A stretch of 64,000 bases of DNA from Somniosus microcephalus (taxonomy: Eukaryota): positions 302,312,001 to 302,376,000 of the forward strand of contig CM126204.1 in assembly GCA_052327205.1 (NCBI GenBank), written 5' to 3'. Below are positions 11,701-25,445 of the stretch, piece after piece (position 1 is the first letter of the stretch; each line of letters opens with the position of its first letter). The notes beneath the pieces were generated by a model. It searched no databases. It had not been told where the DNA came from and was given only the letters and a program-made list of their open reading frames with translations. Made by a program: the position numbers and the translations under genes.

Positions 11701-14700
11701 GAAAGGAATCTATTTCATGGGCTGACTTGCTGTTACAGGTAGTTCATGAAATTAACTTCATTTTTTTGTAATAATTAAGAATTCCAATAAAACAGTCATA
11801 GTTTGTCATTGTAGTAAACTATAATAAAGTGTTTGGCAAGATCTTGAACAGTCACTTTGTGCCAATATGGACCAGGAGATGATACCAGCAGCTGCAGATC
11901 CAGGCCTAGGAAATAAATCTTCTTTCCTTGGTGAATTACTGTAAATGTACAGAGTTAAAGGTGAATTGTTAGGAGTACGCAGCTGCTCTGTAGTTATCTC
12001 AGTCCTTGTTGATTATGTACATATACTGTGTATGTATATGAGTTATAAATGCCTATATCACTTGCAAACTCAACAGTTGTACTGTATTCATAGTTAAATT
12101 TTTGTAAGTGGAATATTCTACATACTGTACGCTAATTGTCAAAACTAGATGAAAGGGGACTGTTGGCATTAACACCCAATTAACCCCTTCACTGTTGTTT
12201 CCAGGGTTTAGCTCAGCAGTTCTGCTAGAGGTCTGAATTGGATATGTTGCCACATTCAGATGGATTTTTTTATCAGCTGAGATGCACTGACCAATTCTGT
12301 AAGTGCAGTTGCCTGATTGCTTGAATCACCAGTGTTGACTCCAAAAGCACAAATTGCACTTGAAGTATCAGAACAAGAAGGTACCTGAATCTGAGAGTTA
12401 GCTTTGAAGATCTACAAAATGTATTCAAAGTTTGCTTCAATGTGATTCAGATTTGGGATATTTCAACTGCATGGTTTCCGGATGTATTTAAATTCAGCCC
12501 GTCCTAACCTAATGTTACCTAGTGCTGGAATATTCTGGGATGGTCTGAGTATGAAAAATAATTCATTTGCACAGCCAGCATCTCCTTCCAGAATTTTGTA
12601 GGGTTCTGCTTTCTGATAAAAATGGAAAATGGATGCTTAGTTTTACTGAACTCATATCTTTGCACAGAGTCTGTGCTTGTAATATGCATTAGGTTGATGT
12701 AGATACTTTTATCCTTTTAAAAACCTCATGTGATGGTGAATAATGGAATATATATATTTCTGGCCATATTTATATCCGCTATTGATCCAGTGATATTGTT
12801 TTATGGGTGTTCCTTCATCACAACGTCACAAGCGACGTTCACCAAATGACTTGTACCATATATTCCCACAAATTTAGTGTTTTGTTGTAAGGATGCACTT
12901 TGGAACATGTCACATAATGCAGGTGGTTAAAGGATAACTAATTAATTGTAGTCATTTACATCTACATCCTGGGCTGTGAATGTGTCACCGACACCTACAA
13001 AGTAAACTCATTTATAATATTTTGTATTGGTGTTTGGTAATTGCATTCTCCAAACTTGCTGAATGTTTCAACTCGCTAAACTTTAAAAGCAGATCTGAAA
13101 CAAAATCCAGTTAAAAGTTAAGTTAGAGTGAGTTACTGAATCTGATTTAATTTGCAATTCTCTGATTTTTTTTTAATGGAAAGTGGGATTTGGATTCAGC
13201 AGGAATGGACATTTTTACTTCCTGGACGAACTTCAGATTTCTAATTCTGGTATATCACGGGTTATATTTCTATTAAACTTTTTCAGGGGAGGCATTCATA
13301 AAGGCTGAAGCTAGTCAGCCCTTAATGGGTTGGGATTTTTTTCCCCCATTTCTTAACAGCAGCTTCAGCTAACAGCTGAGAATAGACTCTTTGTATTCAG
13401 ATGCCTTCTAACAAGACGCTCATTGTCTTAAGCCTCTGCCAGGAGAACGCGAGCCACTGCACTGCCTTTATTGTGCAGACTTTGATTGTATTTGAACTTG
13501 ATGAGGACTGCATTTGAATTGTAGTCAGACAGTTCATCTGTAGTTTTGCATAGGCTGAGAACTAGCCAGAATCTGCTGTGTTCGTCTAATTACCTCTTTG
13601 GATAAGATGGGGTGGTGGGGAGAGTTAATTGAAGTTTACTGTATGGTGTGTCAAACAATGTGACTGTTTGTATTGCTATGGGAACTTCTTGACTTATAGC
13701 AGTTCTGACCAGAATCTTGCATTATAGGATGGTGATGTGTTACAGGTTTATGGAATACACGATAATTATTCTATCATTATTTTACCCCCACCCCCACAAA
13801 AAAATCATTAGCGCCAGATAAAAGAAGTATTATTTTTAATAAACTTTAATTTTGTTTTGCTTTATTAAAAAAGTGTGAAAATCTTTAAGTTATTTTGTTG
13901 AATGCTGAATTGATTAAATTCCTGTACTGGATCTTGGCTATGCTGTAGAGTGCATTCAAAAAATTTATAGGCTGCTTTTTTTTTAGATGTTTTGATCATT
14001 TGTTTCTTCTTCCCACCTCCCCCGACACCCTAACATTTCGGTTAAAATATCAACTATTATACGCAGCACCCAGTGAAGTCACAAGGAGCATCAGCAACAA
14101 TGGAAGTGCCGGTCCTTGTTCTGCATTCTTCTGTGGGTCTCAGGGACACTGCTACCTATGTGAGGGGCGGAGTGGAGGGTTGCGAGGGGGAGTGTGTGGG
14201 GAAGGAGGGGCGATCATCTTGTTTATGTGGCAGCAATTGTGGGTTATGTTTCACTTGTGAGAATCCCTGTTAACTCACTCATGCCTCTGATGCTCATGAA
14301 TTATGGGTCTTTTGTACTTGTAAGGTAAACGACTGCTACTGCCAGTACCATGAATCTTTGAAATTGCTAAATACAATACATACGGTTTTAAATGAGAAAG
14401 CTTACCTTCAATTGGCAAATGTACTTTCAAACGAGAGCACAATCCCAGCAGTCACTAGGTACAGGTTTGCTGCAGTAGTTATACTGATAATACATTTTCC
14501 ATTAGTAGTTTTTGAATTTGAATATAAATTGTCCACTTACTTGATTTCATCCTGTTTAAGCGAGAGCATTGCCATTTTAAGATATAACTGAATATTCTGT
14601 ACCAGAATAGAGTATAATAACATTTCACCTGCCATCCTCTTGATGTAGTTCAATCCAAGGCCTGGTAAGTAAGGAACAATCATATTGAGCATTTAGAAAA

Positions 14701-16192
14701 CTAAACAAAAATAATTAAATATTTAGGTTTCAAAGCACATGCCATAGAAGCCCAATAGGGTCTTATATTTTTCCCCTAAGTGATCTGATTTTTTATCAAA
14801 ATAGTTTCTGTGTTCAAATAAAAGGGAGCTATCTAGAACTGCCAACATCAGGAAACTGATTAAATGCCCTACCTAAGCCTAAATCAAAGAATCAAACAAT
14901 AAGGCTTTTAGCAGCTCCATCTGTTTAGACAGCAGCAATATTGACTGCGGGCTGCTTTTTAACTTCTACCAGTGAACTAAAACAGGATCATGATGCAGCC
15001 CCAATCCTGATTTATTCAGTATTGTACGTGTTAAAAAAGCAGCACTCGGGCAGATGCAGCTGCTAAATGCCTTGTCCTTTGATTTAGAGCCGGGCAGATA
15101 GTGCTGCATATACAGCTTGATGGTTGCAGTCAGAACAATCAATACACTGTAAAACTCAATCAACAGAAGAAATGTAAAAGAGCCTCTACTTGCTCAGTAC
15201 TGCACAGCACTCTGAGACTTGGACTTGAAAAGCTGCCTTGGCATCCCACAATGCAATGCAATGCCCACAGCTGCTGCCAGTTGGGAAGAGAGTATTGGTA
15301 CATTGTGTTTCATGTACTCCAAAAGACTTCAAAATTAAGGATCGCTTTACAGATTTGCAATAGGCTACATGATTGAGACTTGAGTCCATTATTAGCATTA
15401 ACTCTTTCCAAGCCACACTGTATACTGGTTTGGATTTTTTCATTGAAGTTAGGAGTGCTGCAAGCAGTGCAGCACATTCACGATCTAATATTCTGCATCA
15501 TACCTAAGATTTTCTCACATGGCGAGTTCCGGATCTTAGCCAAAGATATCTGGGGACATGTGAGGTGCTTCCCTAGATGGAGAGAAGAATGGAATAGAAG
15601 AATGATTCGGCTATGACCCCTCTTCCCCTTGTGCTAAATTCTGACTAGTGCGATAGAGGTCTGGAAATGAGTTGTTTGCCTTTGTTGGTGAAAGAGACAT
15701 ACACAGACAGAATGGAATAACTTTGCTAAGATAATGGGATGGGGGTTAATGGAAAAACTGGGCAACTGCAGTAAATCAGATACCGAATATGGGTTGAATT
15801 AATTTAGTCATAAGTAACAGTGTGTACGGCTTCCTTCCTGAGCTAGTGACTTGCACCTCCTGTTTTTTTGCCCTCTCTCTATGCATATTAGACAACATAA
15901 TGACACGGGGCAGCTTGAAGAAAATGTAACAGGGCCTTATACCTCATGAATTTGATCCAGGTGATTGCAGAGACACTTGTACAGGAGTATCAGTGGGCAG
16001 TTCACTTTACGACTGATATACTTACTTGCAAGTGTTGAGACACTAGTGAGAGTAATGCGACAGTAAGTGGGTTTACTTGAAAACTAGATGGGGAATGCTA
16101 AGATTTAAATACATACTACCAGTGGTGAACTGAGGCAGATAACCAGAGGTTAGTTGAAGTTATTTTAATCTACCCTCTTAATGAGCAAAAAT

Positions 16193-16265
16193 GAGAAGAA
16201 CAGGGGAGTTTTTCCCAGTGTTCTAGCCAACATTTATCCTTCAACCAGCATCACTAAAAAACATT
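16193..16265 (+). mobile_element. Fragment of Deu-domain (SacSINE1-like) SINE
   Basis: gaagaacaggggagtt...gccaacatttatccttcaacc matches 37784-37850. Confidence 0.55.
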
Positions 16266-16499
16266 TATTAAAACTGAGCAACAATACCAAATGTTTGGCA
16301 AAGGAGGAGAAAGTAGAACAGATTAAATAAAGCACCAAAGAAGCCCCGAGGTATTTGAAAAAACACCTACTTCCCCAGAATCTCGGCAGTCTGGTAAGTG
16401 TGAAATATATATACTTTTTAAAAGCAGTTTCCCTCGTACAGTAAAGGTAGTTTGGAAATATTGTTTATAATGTTTGCCTTAATTGGCATTCTAGTAGTA

Positions 16500-17388
16500 C
16501 CACTAACTCTCTCGACCCCTCCACTGTCTCTAAATTGTCAGACTGCTTGTCCGGCATCCAGTACTGGATGAGCAGAAATATTCTCCAACTAAATATTGGG
16601 AAGACTGAAGCCATTGTCTTTGGTCCCCGCCACAAACTCTGTTCCCTAGCCACCGACTCCATCCCTCTCCCTGGCAATGGTCTGAGGCTGAACCAGACTG
16701 TTTGCTACCTTAGTATCGTATTTGACCCTGAGATGAGCTACCGACGACATATCCGCGTCATCACTAAGACCGCCTACTTCCACCTCTAACATCGCCCAAC
16801 TCCACCCCTGCCTCAGCTCATCTGCTGCTGAAATCCTCATCCATGCCTTTGTTACCTCTAGACTTGACTATTCCAACGCAATCCTGGCCGATCTTCCATC
16901 TTCCATAAACTTATCTCATCTAAAACTCTGCTGCCTGTATCCTAACTTGCACCAAGTCCCATTCACCCATCACCCCTGTGCTCACAGACCTACTCTGGCT
17001 CCCGGTTAAGCTACGCCTCAATTTTAAAATTCTCATCCTTGTTTTCAAATCCCCTCCATGGTCTCGCCCCTCCCTATCTTTGTAACCTCCTCCAGCCCTA
17101 CAACCCTCTGAGATATCTGCACTTCTCCAATTCTGGCCTCTTGTGCATCCTCGATTTTAATTGCTCCACCATTGGTGGACATGCATTCAGCTGCCGAGTC
17201 ACTAAGCTCTGGAATTCCTTCCCTAAACCTCTCAGACTCTCCACCTCTCTATTCTCCTTTAGGACGCTCCTTAATACCTGCCCTAATATCTCCTTATGTG
17301 GCTAGCTGTCAAACTTTAACGCTCCTGTGAAGCACCTTGGGACATTGTACTACATTCAAGGTGCTATATAAATGCAAGTTGTTGTTGT
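16500..17388 (+). mobile_element. 5'-truncated L2 LINE (ORF2 C-terminal part plus 3' tail)
   Basis: Translates to LSDCLSGIQYWMSRNILQLNIGKTEAIVFG...HAFVTSRLDYSNAILA...KLWNSFP with stops and frameshifts; ends in gctatataaatgcaa(gtt)n. Confidence 0.9.
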
Positions 17389-17973
17389 AAACACTTTTAT
17401 TCATGTAAATAAAGTCCTATGCCCATATTCCTCAGCTGGATTTTAATTGTACAATTTGTTCTGTGCCTCACTGGCCTCTGCAGCAGTCCTGCATTTCGGG
17501 TGCATTTTTACTGCAAAGCCATTAGTGGAACTTTGTTCTTCATGCCTCTACAGAGGAATCATCATCTTCCAGCTTTTCTGCAGTAACCCCTAAGGCTATA
17601 ACCATTTGAAGAGGACAGTAACCAGATAACAATGAGACATTAAGTCCTTTGGTCAGGAGGAACCAGCTGCTGCCACAGAAGATGTGCCACCCAAGGGAAC
17701 ACAGTCCATACTGTGCTTATTGAGTGGTGGGAAGACTCCACTTGTTGCTGGATCCACCACAGGGCCTTCTTTGGGCCGCAGCATACAAACCAAAGGGTCT
17801 GCATCGATATTCTAGGGCAAATGACAGCTGCACAAACAGATGTTGTCCCTTCCATATCACCACCATTAGCGAAGTCTGCTAAAGGAAGGTATGCATCTGC
17901 TGAATCAACCCATTAGCAATGTCCATGTTGGTGTGCATACTGATGTGGCCACATTGTATAGTATTATGCAACC

Positions 17974-18375
17974 TTTTATTAATTAATTCCTGGGATGTGG
18001 GTGTTGCTGGCAAGGCCAGCATTTATTACCCATCCCTAATTACCCTTGAGAAGGTGGTGGTGAGCTGCCTTTTACAACTGAGTGGCTTGCTAGGCCATTT
18101 CAGAGGGCAGTTAAGAGTCAACCACATTGCTGTGGATCTGGAGCCACATATAGGCCAGACCAGGTAAGGATGGCAGATTTCCTTCCCTAAAGGACCAGAT
18201 GGGTTTTTACGACAATCCGGTAGTTTCATGGTCACTGTTACTGATACTAGTTTTTTATTCCAGATTTATTTAATTAACTGAATTTAAATTCTCCAGCTGT
18301 GATTTGAACTCAGGATCACAAGTCCAGGCTTCTGGATTACTAGTCCAGTAACATAACCACTAGGCTACCATACCC
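17974..18375 (-). mobile_element. tRNA-derived SINE made of the 5' head/body plus 3' tail of the LINE at 40554-43470
   Basis: Minus strand carries A box TAGCCTAGTGG, anticodon arm CTGGA-CTAGTAA-TCCAG and B box GTTCAAATC. 18073-18375 aligns to 43158-43470, and 17985-18070 aligns to about 40563-40650. Confidence 0.9.
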
Positions 18376-20049
18376 AGGGCTGGGCACATTTGGCAGAGCA
18401 CATCAGCTTTTCACTGGCAAAATCAGCAACTCTCCTTCACTTTTCTGCAAGACATTGCCACTCAGTGCTCTGTCAGACCATCTAAAGATATTCCTATTCT
18501 GGGACCTTTTACCATTTCTTGTGTCGCTGAAATGGCCTGTTTCAGAGCACCAGCCTGTGGAGGATCCTTCCATTGCCTAGTCCTCCCAAAACTTAGCTGC
18601 CAGTATATTGTAAATAATTGTAAATAGAACAAAGTTACTGTACTAACTTTTAATAAATTATGTGTAAAACTTGCATTGATACAATATTATTATTTTAATA
18701 TGGCACATATTGTTTAGTAGTAAACCGGATATTTGCACATAACAGGCACCTGTAACTTTTAAAATTATTATCTTTTAATTTTACACTTGAGTTGCACTGA
18801 CGATAACTACTCTGAGTATATATTGTATACTTTGTTGATATTCACGTGTATATTTTCTAGTTTTTGAAGTAAAATGTACACCCCCCACCCCACCCCACCA
18901 TACCATGCCAACTTTTCATTCACAGTTTATATATGGATGGGAAGCTTTAGCACTCTCTTGAGTGTGACTAACAGTTTCTGTCTTTTTCAGTCATCTGCAG
19001 TGATCTTTCTATCTGGGTTCATGGTATAATTAAATATATTCACATAGGGGACATCTTTACTTATAAAGAAATACTCACTCCACCTGTGTCTAGTGTGTAT
19101 TCAGCATAATGCTGCATATAATGCGAAACAAAGAGGACTTTTATGTTTTACAGTACAGTACAAGGGAAACACTCATTTTTACTGACATATCCTGAATGAT
19201 GTTAAAACAAAAACTTAAGCTGTACTGTATTTCTTCTGCAGCCATTGATGTTTTAATCCGCTGATATAAGATCGCCGTCATGTTAAATTAAATCATTGTT
19301 AGAGTTTGCAAACTGGCATAAATAGCGCTCAAAGTAGCCTTAACTTAGACCACCATTTGCAACATTGCAAAAGGCTGGTGTAAGTACCCCCATTCCATTT
19401 TCTTTACATTGAATGCATGCCACACCAATGCTGCTTTAGCAGGTAAGGGTTAAGTTCCACATTTGACTAAAGAGAATGTTGATGGAGATTATGTAGAGAT
19501 GTCTGAAGACTTGACCTGCCGCTTTTGCACAAGAGGAATGTAAGCATGGGTGATGGGAGGGGGGAGAAGGGTGGGGAAGAGGAATTTAATTACAAAAAAG
19601 TTTTATGTCGGCCAGTTCTGTTTTTCCAGAAGTTTTGTGTGTTGTTTTTTAGTTGTGGTTCTTTAATCGATAATTTAATAGCCTGACAGGATTTGGAGTT
19701 TGCAGAATTAAAGTCTGATCTCATTATGCTCCCAAATCCCTGTTGTTGCTTTTTGAATATGGCTCCCTGTTCAGGCCTTCAAAATCTCCACCGCTTTTCG
19801 TTCATACAATATAAGTTAACGAAAGCAATTTTCTTTGAATAATAATTTTTTATTATCACATTGCATATTTTTGAACTTTGACATGGAAATGTAACCATTT
19901 CTTAAAAGTTATTAAAACAGCTAATGACTGCAAGTGTGATGACATTACTGGAATTCTTTCTGCATCTGACCTTAGGGAATGTTGCACTATTGCTGAAAGG
20001 TCGCTTGCAATGTATATAAGGGCTTCAGTGAAAGTTTATCTTTTTTTAA

Positions 20050-20240
20050 TAGTCATCTTCGAATAGAGCCATGGGATCTTTTTCAACCACATGCGAGAAC
20101 AGGCGGGGCCTCGGTTTAACATCCCATCCAAAAGATGGCACTTCCGACAGTGCAGCGCTCCCTCAGCCTGCTCAAGTCTCTGGAGTGGGGCTTGAACCCA
20201 TAATCTTTTGACTTAGACTTGAGAGTGCTACCACGGCCGA
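20050..20240 (-). mobile_element. Deu-domain (SacSINE1-like) SINE fragment
   Basis: Reverse complement gives gggttcaagccccactccagagacttgagca...gttaaaccgaggcccc...aaaagatcccatggc, matching 37620-37780. Confidence 0.75.
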
Positions 20241-20854
20241 TTCTAGGTAAATGAGCTGCATGGTATAGTAAATGTGACAGTCGTACCTTACATAGCACCT
20301 GGCTATGGAAGTTTTTGTACTGTTGTCCATAAGCTATGGATGCAAAGTAACCTTGCAGTGTATATAAAGGCTTCCATTTCTGAGAAGACACACCCTCTTA
20401 TATATCAGGGACGTGCAGCAAAGCACATTGGGAGAGTGGAGCATTTAAAAGCAGTGCGGGCACCAGGCAGCAGAGGCAGTGCAGCAAAGCAGAGACCAAA
20501 ACAGAGGAGGGGAAAAATTCACAAAGTGACGGCATATCTAAATCAACACAGAGGGAGGAGTTTAAGTTCAAGAATCGGAGAGCCTGGAGGTAAGGGAGCA
20601 CGAGCATCACGAAGAGAGGTAAAAACACCTAAAGTGACATCAGCACAATGAAAGGAGCTGATTGGTGAGTAGCTGGTGAGTTTTTTTTTCCAGATCAGAT
20701 CAGGGACAAGTCTTAAGTTTCTAGTAAGTTTAGATAGTAGTCGAATAAATAGAGGCATTTAAAAAATGTTTCCAGTGTTTTAGTACTTATTGCAAGTTAG
20801 TGTGTAAAATAAGAAAAAAATACTTAAGTAGATATAAATAATCTAGACTAAGAT

Positions 20855-21807
20855 ATGGCAGAGCAGCTTGTGTGTCTAGACTGCAGTATGTGGGAGTTTG
20901 TGGACAGCGAGATGGCCTGGGCAACCACATCTGCAGTAGATGTCTCTGTCTTGAATCTCTCCTGCTCAGAGTCATTGAGCTGGAGTGCGAATTGGAGACA
21001 GTCTGTCACATAAGGGAGGGGGAGCAGTATCTGGACTGTTTTCTCCAGACCTCGGTCACATCTTTTAGAGAGATACAGGTTCAGAACGGGGTTGGTGTGA
21101 CCAGTAGTGTGCAGAGCAAGGGGAACCCAGGTGAGATAGAGAATGAGGATCAGCAGAAACTGATCCTATTCAACAAGTAAAATGTACTTGCTACCTGTGA
21201 GGATAAGGATAAAGACTATTGGAAGGACAGCCAGAATGTGGACCATGGCACCGTGGAGCAGGAGGCTGTCCAAAGGGTGGAGGAGGAGGAGGAGGGGTAG
21301 TGTAATGTGGTAGTTGTAGAGGATTAAGTAATTAAGGGGACAGATAACATCCTTTGTAAGCAAGATCGCGAGTTATGTTGCCTACCTGGAGCCAGGCTGA
21401 GGGACCTCTCGAACCGGCTTGAAAGGATTTTGGAGAGGGAGGGGGGGGAGGATCCCGTCGTTGTGGTCCATGTTGGGACCAACAACATAGGGAAGAGTAG
21501 GCAAGAGGTCCTGTTTGGGGAGTACCAGGAACTAGGAGCTAAATTAAAGAACAGGATCTCAAGGGTTATAATCTCTGGATTATTACCTGAGCCACGTGCA
21601 AATTGCCATAGGGATAAGAAGATTAGGGAGGTGAACACGTGGCTGAAGGAGTGGTGTGGGCAAGAGTGGTTCCATTTCATCGGGCACTGGCACCAGTATT
21701 GGGACAGGAAGGAACTGTACCATTGGGACGGGTTCCACCTGAACCGGGCTGGGAATAGAGTCCTAGCGGAAAGGATAAATAGGACGGTCACAAGGACTTT
21801 AAACTAG
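20855..21807 (+). pseudogene. CR1 ORF1 (zinc-finger/leucine zipper plus SGNH esterase), disrupted
   Basis: MAEQLVCLDCSMWE..., CSRCLCLESLLLRVIELECELE, CCLPGAR, VVVVHVGTNNIG, IISGLLP, WDGFHLNRAG; frameshifts and stops present. Confidence 0.9.
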
Positions 21808-22019
21808 TAAATGGGGGGGGGGGGCTTAGGTGGAAAATGTAGAATAAATAATAGTTCAAAAACAAATGAAATGGAAGAGAGTAGAGTAACAGAAATTGTG
21901 CTTTAGGCAGTACAGGTAAGGGGAAAACTAAAAGGTGTAAAGTGATTAAACCAGGAGAGAGAAATAAGAAACATGTGAGTAAAACATTAGAGCTGAAGAA
22001 CAGGTTAGGGTGTGTGGCC

Positions 22020-25000
22020 CAAATAAGCATTCTTTATACAAACGCACGGAATAAATTGAATGAACTGCAGGCGCAAATTCAACTTGGAGGGTATGACATG
22101 ATAGCCATTACTGAGACATAGCTGCAAGATGGTCAGGACTGGGAACTAAATATACTAGATTAAAAGGCCTACAGGAAAGATGGGGAAAATGGCAGAGGGG
22201 GAAGAGTAGCCTTAGTGATTAAGGATGAAATCACTTCCATGATAAGAGAGGATATAACGAAGGGTAAGCAGGCAAGGGAGACTTTATGGGTAGAATTAAG
22301 AAATAGGAAAGGATTTAAGACTGTAGTGGTAGCAGCTGTGAAGTGCTAGATTGTATAAGTGCAGAGATTAGACAAGCATGTAGTAAAGGCAGAGTAGTTT
22401 TAATGGGGGATTTTAACTTTCATATAGATTGGGATAAGCAGATTAGTACATGTCAGAAAAGTAGTGAATTTCTTGAGTGTGTCCGAGATAGTTTTCCACA
22501 ACAGTATGTCCTAGAACCAACAAGGGGACATGACATATAAGATTTAGTAATGAGCTAGATTTAGTTAATAGCCTAATGGTGCATAAACTTTTATCTAATA
22601 GCGATCATAACATGATCGAGTTCAACGTAGTGTTTGAAAGGGAGAAATGTGAAACAGCTACAGGTACACTATCCTTTATCCGCACTTCCGAAAACCTCTA
22701 AAAACCGAAAGTTTTTTCGTGGAGCGTAAGTCGTGCACACGACATGACCCGAGTGGCGCCAAACATGACGGGAGTGGTCCGGAAGCTCTGCCTTTCCCTG
22801 TGAGCAGGGCAGAGGGTCACAGAGTTCCCTCCTGGGTAGGAGATTGCAGGCCGAGCCGGGCAGCGTGAAGGAGGTACCGGGAGAGTGAACCCAACAATAC
22901 AGCGGCCCGTCCGATAGCTGCAGCAGCCCGTCCGATAGTCTTTCCTTCCCCCCCCCCCCCCCAACCTGATTTGCGGGCCAGCTTAGTGTAGGAGTCAGCC
23001 GATATCCGGCTTTCCCACAACTGGCGGCGGCAGTCGAGCCCCAGACCCCCGCTAAGTCAAGGAATTCAGATACGGAGCAGGGGGAGCCGGAAACCTCGAT
23101 CTAACGGCAGAAATCAGCAGCCGTTTTGTTAGGTTTTTTTGTTCCCCTAGCATTTTTTTTCTTCCCCTAGCATTTTTTTAAACAGTCAGGCTGTGGAAAG
23201 AGTCTCTGTAGCTTAGCAACAGCTTCAGAGACTCTTCCAAGGCAGGGCCCGAGTGTTTACAAGCTGTTGTTAAGCAACAGTGTTTGTTGTCAGATACGGA
23301 GATGAAAACCTTCTAAAATCCGAAAAATTCCGAAAACCGAAACACAGCTGGTCCCAAGGTTTTCGGATAAAGGATAGTCTACCTGTACTAAGATTCTAGA
23401 TTTAGGTCAGGCTGACTTCAATGCGATGAGACAGACTGTCCACAGTAAATTGGGCAAATCTGTTAATGGGTAAAATGACAAGATCAGTGGGAGCGGTTCA
23501 AAAAAGAATTTGTGATACAGAAGCAGTTTATACCCCTAAGGGGCAAGAGCTCTACTTGCCCCCAAAATAGCCATGGATGACGAAAGAGGTAAGAGATGAC
23601 ATAAAACTAAAAGAAAAAGCATACAAAACTGCAAAAAATAGCGCAGATCCTGGCGAATGGGAAAGATACAAAGAATAGCAAAGGGTCACAAAACAGATAG
23701 TAAGAGCTACACAAAGGGAGTATGTAAAGAAACTTGCAAGGGATATTAAAACCAACACAAATTTTTACAATTACATTAGGAAAAAGAGGGTAGTCAGGAG
23801 CAATGTTGGCCCCTTAAACTGCTAGCAGTGATTTTGTCAATGATAATAAGGAAATGTTGAATAATTACTTGGTGTCAGTATTTACAGTAGAGGAAGAGGG
23901 TAGTATGCCGGAAATCCCAAGGAAACTAGTATCGAATCTGGGACAGGGACTCAACAAAATTAACGTATGTAAAATAACATTAATGAAGAAAATAATGGCA
24001 CTAAAGAGTGACAAATCCCCAGGACCAGATGGTTTTAAAGGAAGTAGGTGAGCACATTGCTGATGCCCTAACTATAATCTTCCAAAGTTCTCTGGATTCA
24101 GGAACCATTCCGTTAGATTGGAAAATTGTGCATGTCACTCTGCTTTTTAAGGATGGTGAGAGAGGGAAACCAGGGAATTATAGACCAGTTAGCCTAGCAT
24201 CTGTTGTCGGGAAATTACTGGAGTCTATAATTAAGGATAGGTTGACTGAACACCTTGAAAATTTTCAGCTGATCAGAGAGCCAGCATAGATTTGTTAAAG
24301 GTAGGTCATACCTGATGAATCTGATTAATTTTTTGAAGAGGTGACTAAAGTAGTGGACAGGGGAATGTCTATGGATGTTATTTATATGGACTTTCAGACA
24401 GTATTTGATAAAGTCCCCCCTAAGAGACTGTTAACTAAGGTTGAAACCCATGGAATTGAGGGCAAATTATTGACCTGGTTAGGAAATTGGCTGAGCGGCA
24501 GGAGACAGAGAGTAGGGATAATGGGCAGGTACTCTAATTGGCAGGATGTGTCTAGTGGTGTCCCGCAGGGATCTGTGTTGGGGCCTCAACTATTCATCAT
24601 ATTTATTAATGACTTAGATGATGGCATAGAAAGATGACACAAAGATAGGCGTTATTGTAAGCAGTGTAGATGAAAGCATAAAATTAAAAAGAGATATTGA
24701 TAGATTAAGTGAATGTCAAAACTGAGGCAAATGTAGGCAAATGTGAGGTCATCCACTTTGGACCTAAAAAGAATAGAACAGGGTACTTCCTAAATGGTGA
24801 AAAGCTAAAAACAGTGGATGTCCAAAGAGACCTGGGGGTTCACGTACATAGATCATTAAAATGTCATGAACAGATATAGAAAATAATCAAAAAGGTTAAT
24901 GGAATGCTGGCCTTTATATCTAGAGGACTAGAATACAAGGAGGTAGAAGCTACAGTGCAGCTATACAAAGCCATCGTTAGACCATACCTGGAATACTGTG

Positions 25001-25445
25001 AGCAGTTATGGGCACCACATCTTGGGAAGAATATATTGGCCTTGCAGGGAGTGCAGCATAGGTTTACCAGAATGATACCCGGAGTCCAGGAGTTAAATTA
25101 CAAGGAGAGATTGTACAAACTAGGGTTGTATTCCCTGGAATTTTGAAGGCCATGGGGGTGATCTGATCGAAGTTTTCAAGCTATTAAGGGGAACAAATAG
25201 GGTAGATAGAGAGAAACTATTTCTGCTGGTTGGGGAATCTAGGACGAGGGGACATAGTCTAAAAATTTGAGCCAGACCTTTCAGGAGTGAAATTAGGAAA
25301 AACTTCTATACACAAAGGGTGGTAGAAGTTTGGAACTTTCTTCAGCAAACAGCAACTGATGCTAGATCAATTGTTAATTTTAAATCGGAGATTGATAGAT
25401 TTTTGTTAAACAAAGGTATTAAGGGATATGGGGCAAAGGCGAGTA
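22020..25445 (+). pseudogene. CR1 ORF2 (APE endonuclease plus reverse transcriptase), disrupted
   Basis: [65 protein letters not shown] small deletion near 24633 truncates the FADD motif. Many stops. Confidence 0.92.
22661..23385. mobile_element. Tc1/mariner pogo/Tigger-type (MER46/Tigger4-like) non-autonomous element inserted in CR1 ORF2
   Basis: TIRs caggtacactatcctttatccg / cggataaaggatagtctacctg (21/22 match) and TA TSD (22659-60, 23386-87). Removing it restores the CR1 frame ETATKILDLGQADF. Confidence 0.92.

Noticed and set aside
17600-18600. GC-richer flanks around the SINE as a possible older coding element
   Set aside because: No interpretable protein motif in any frame.
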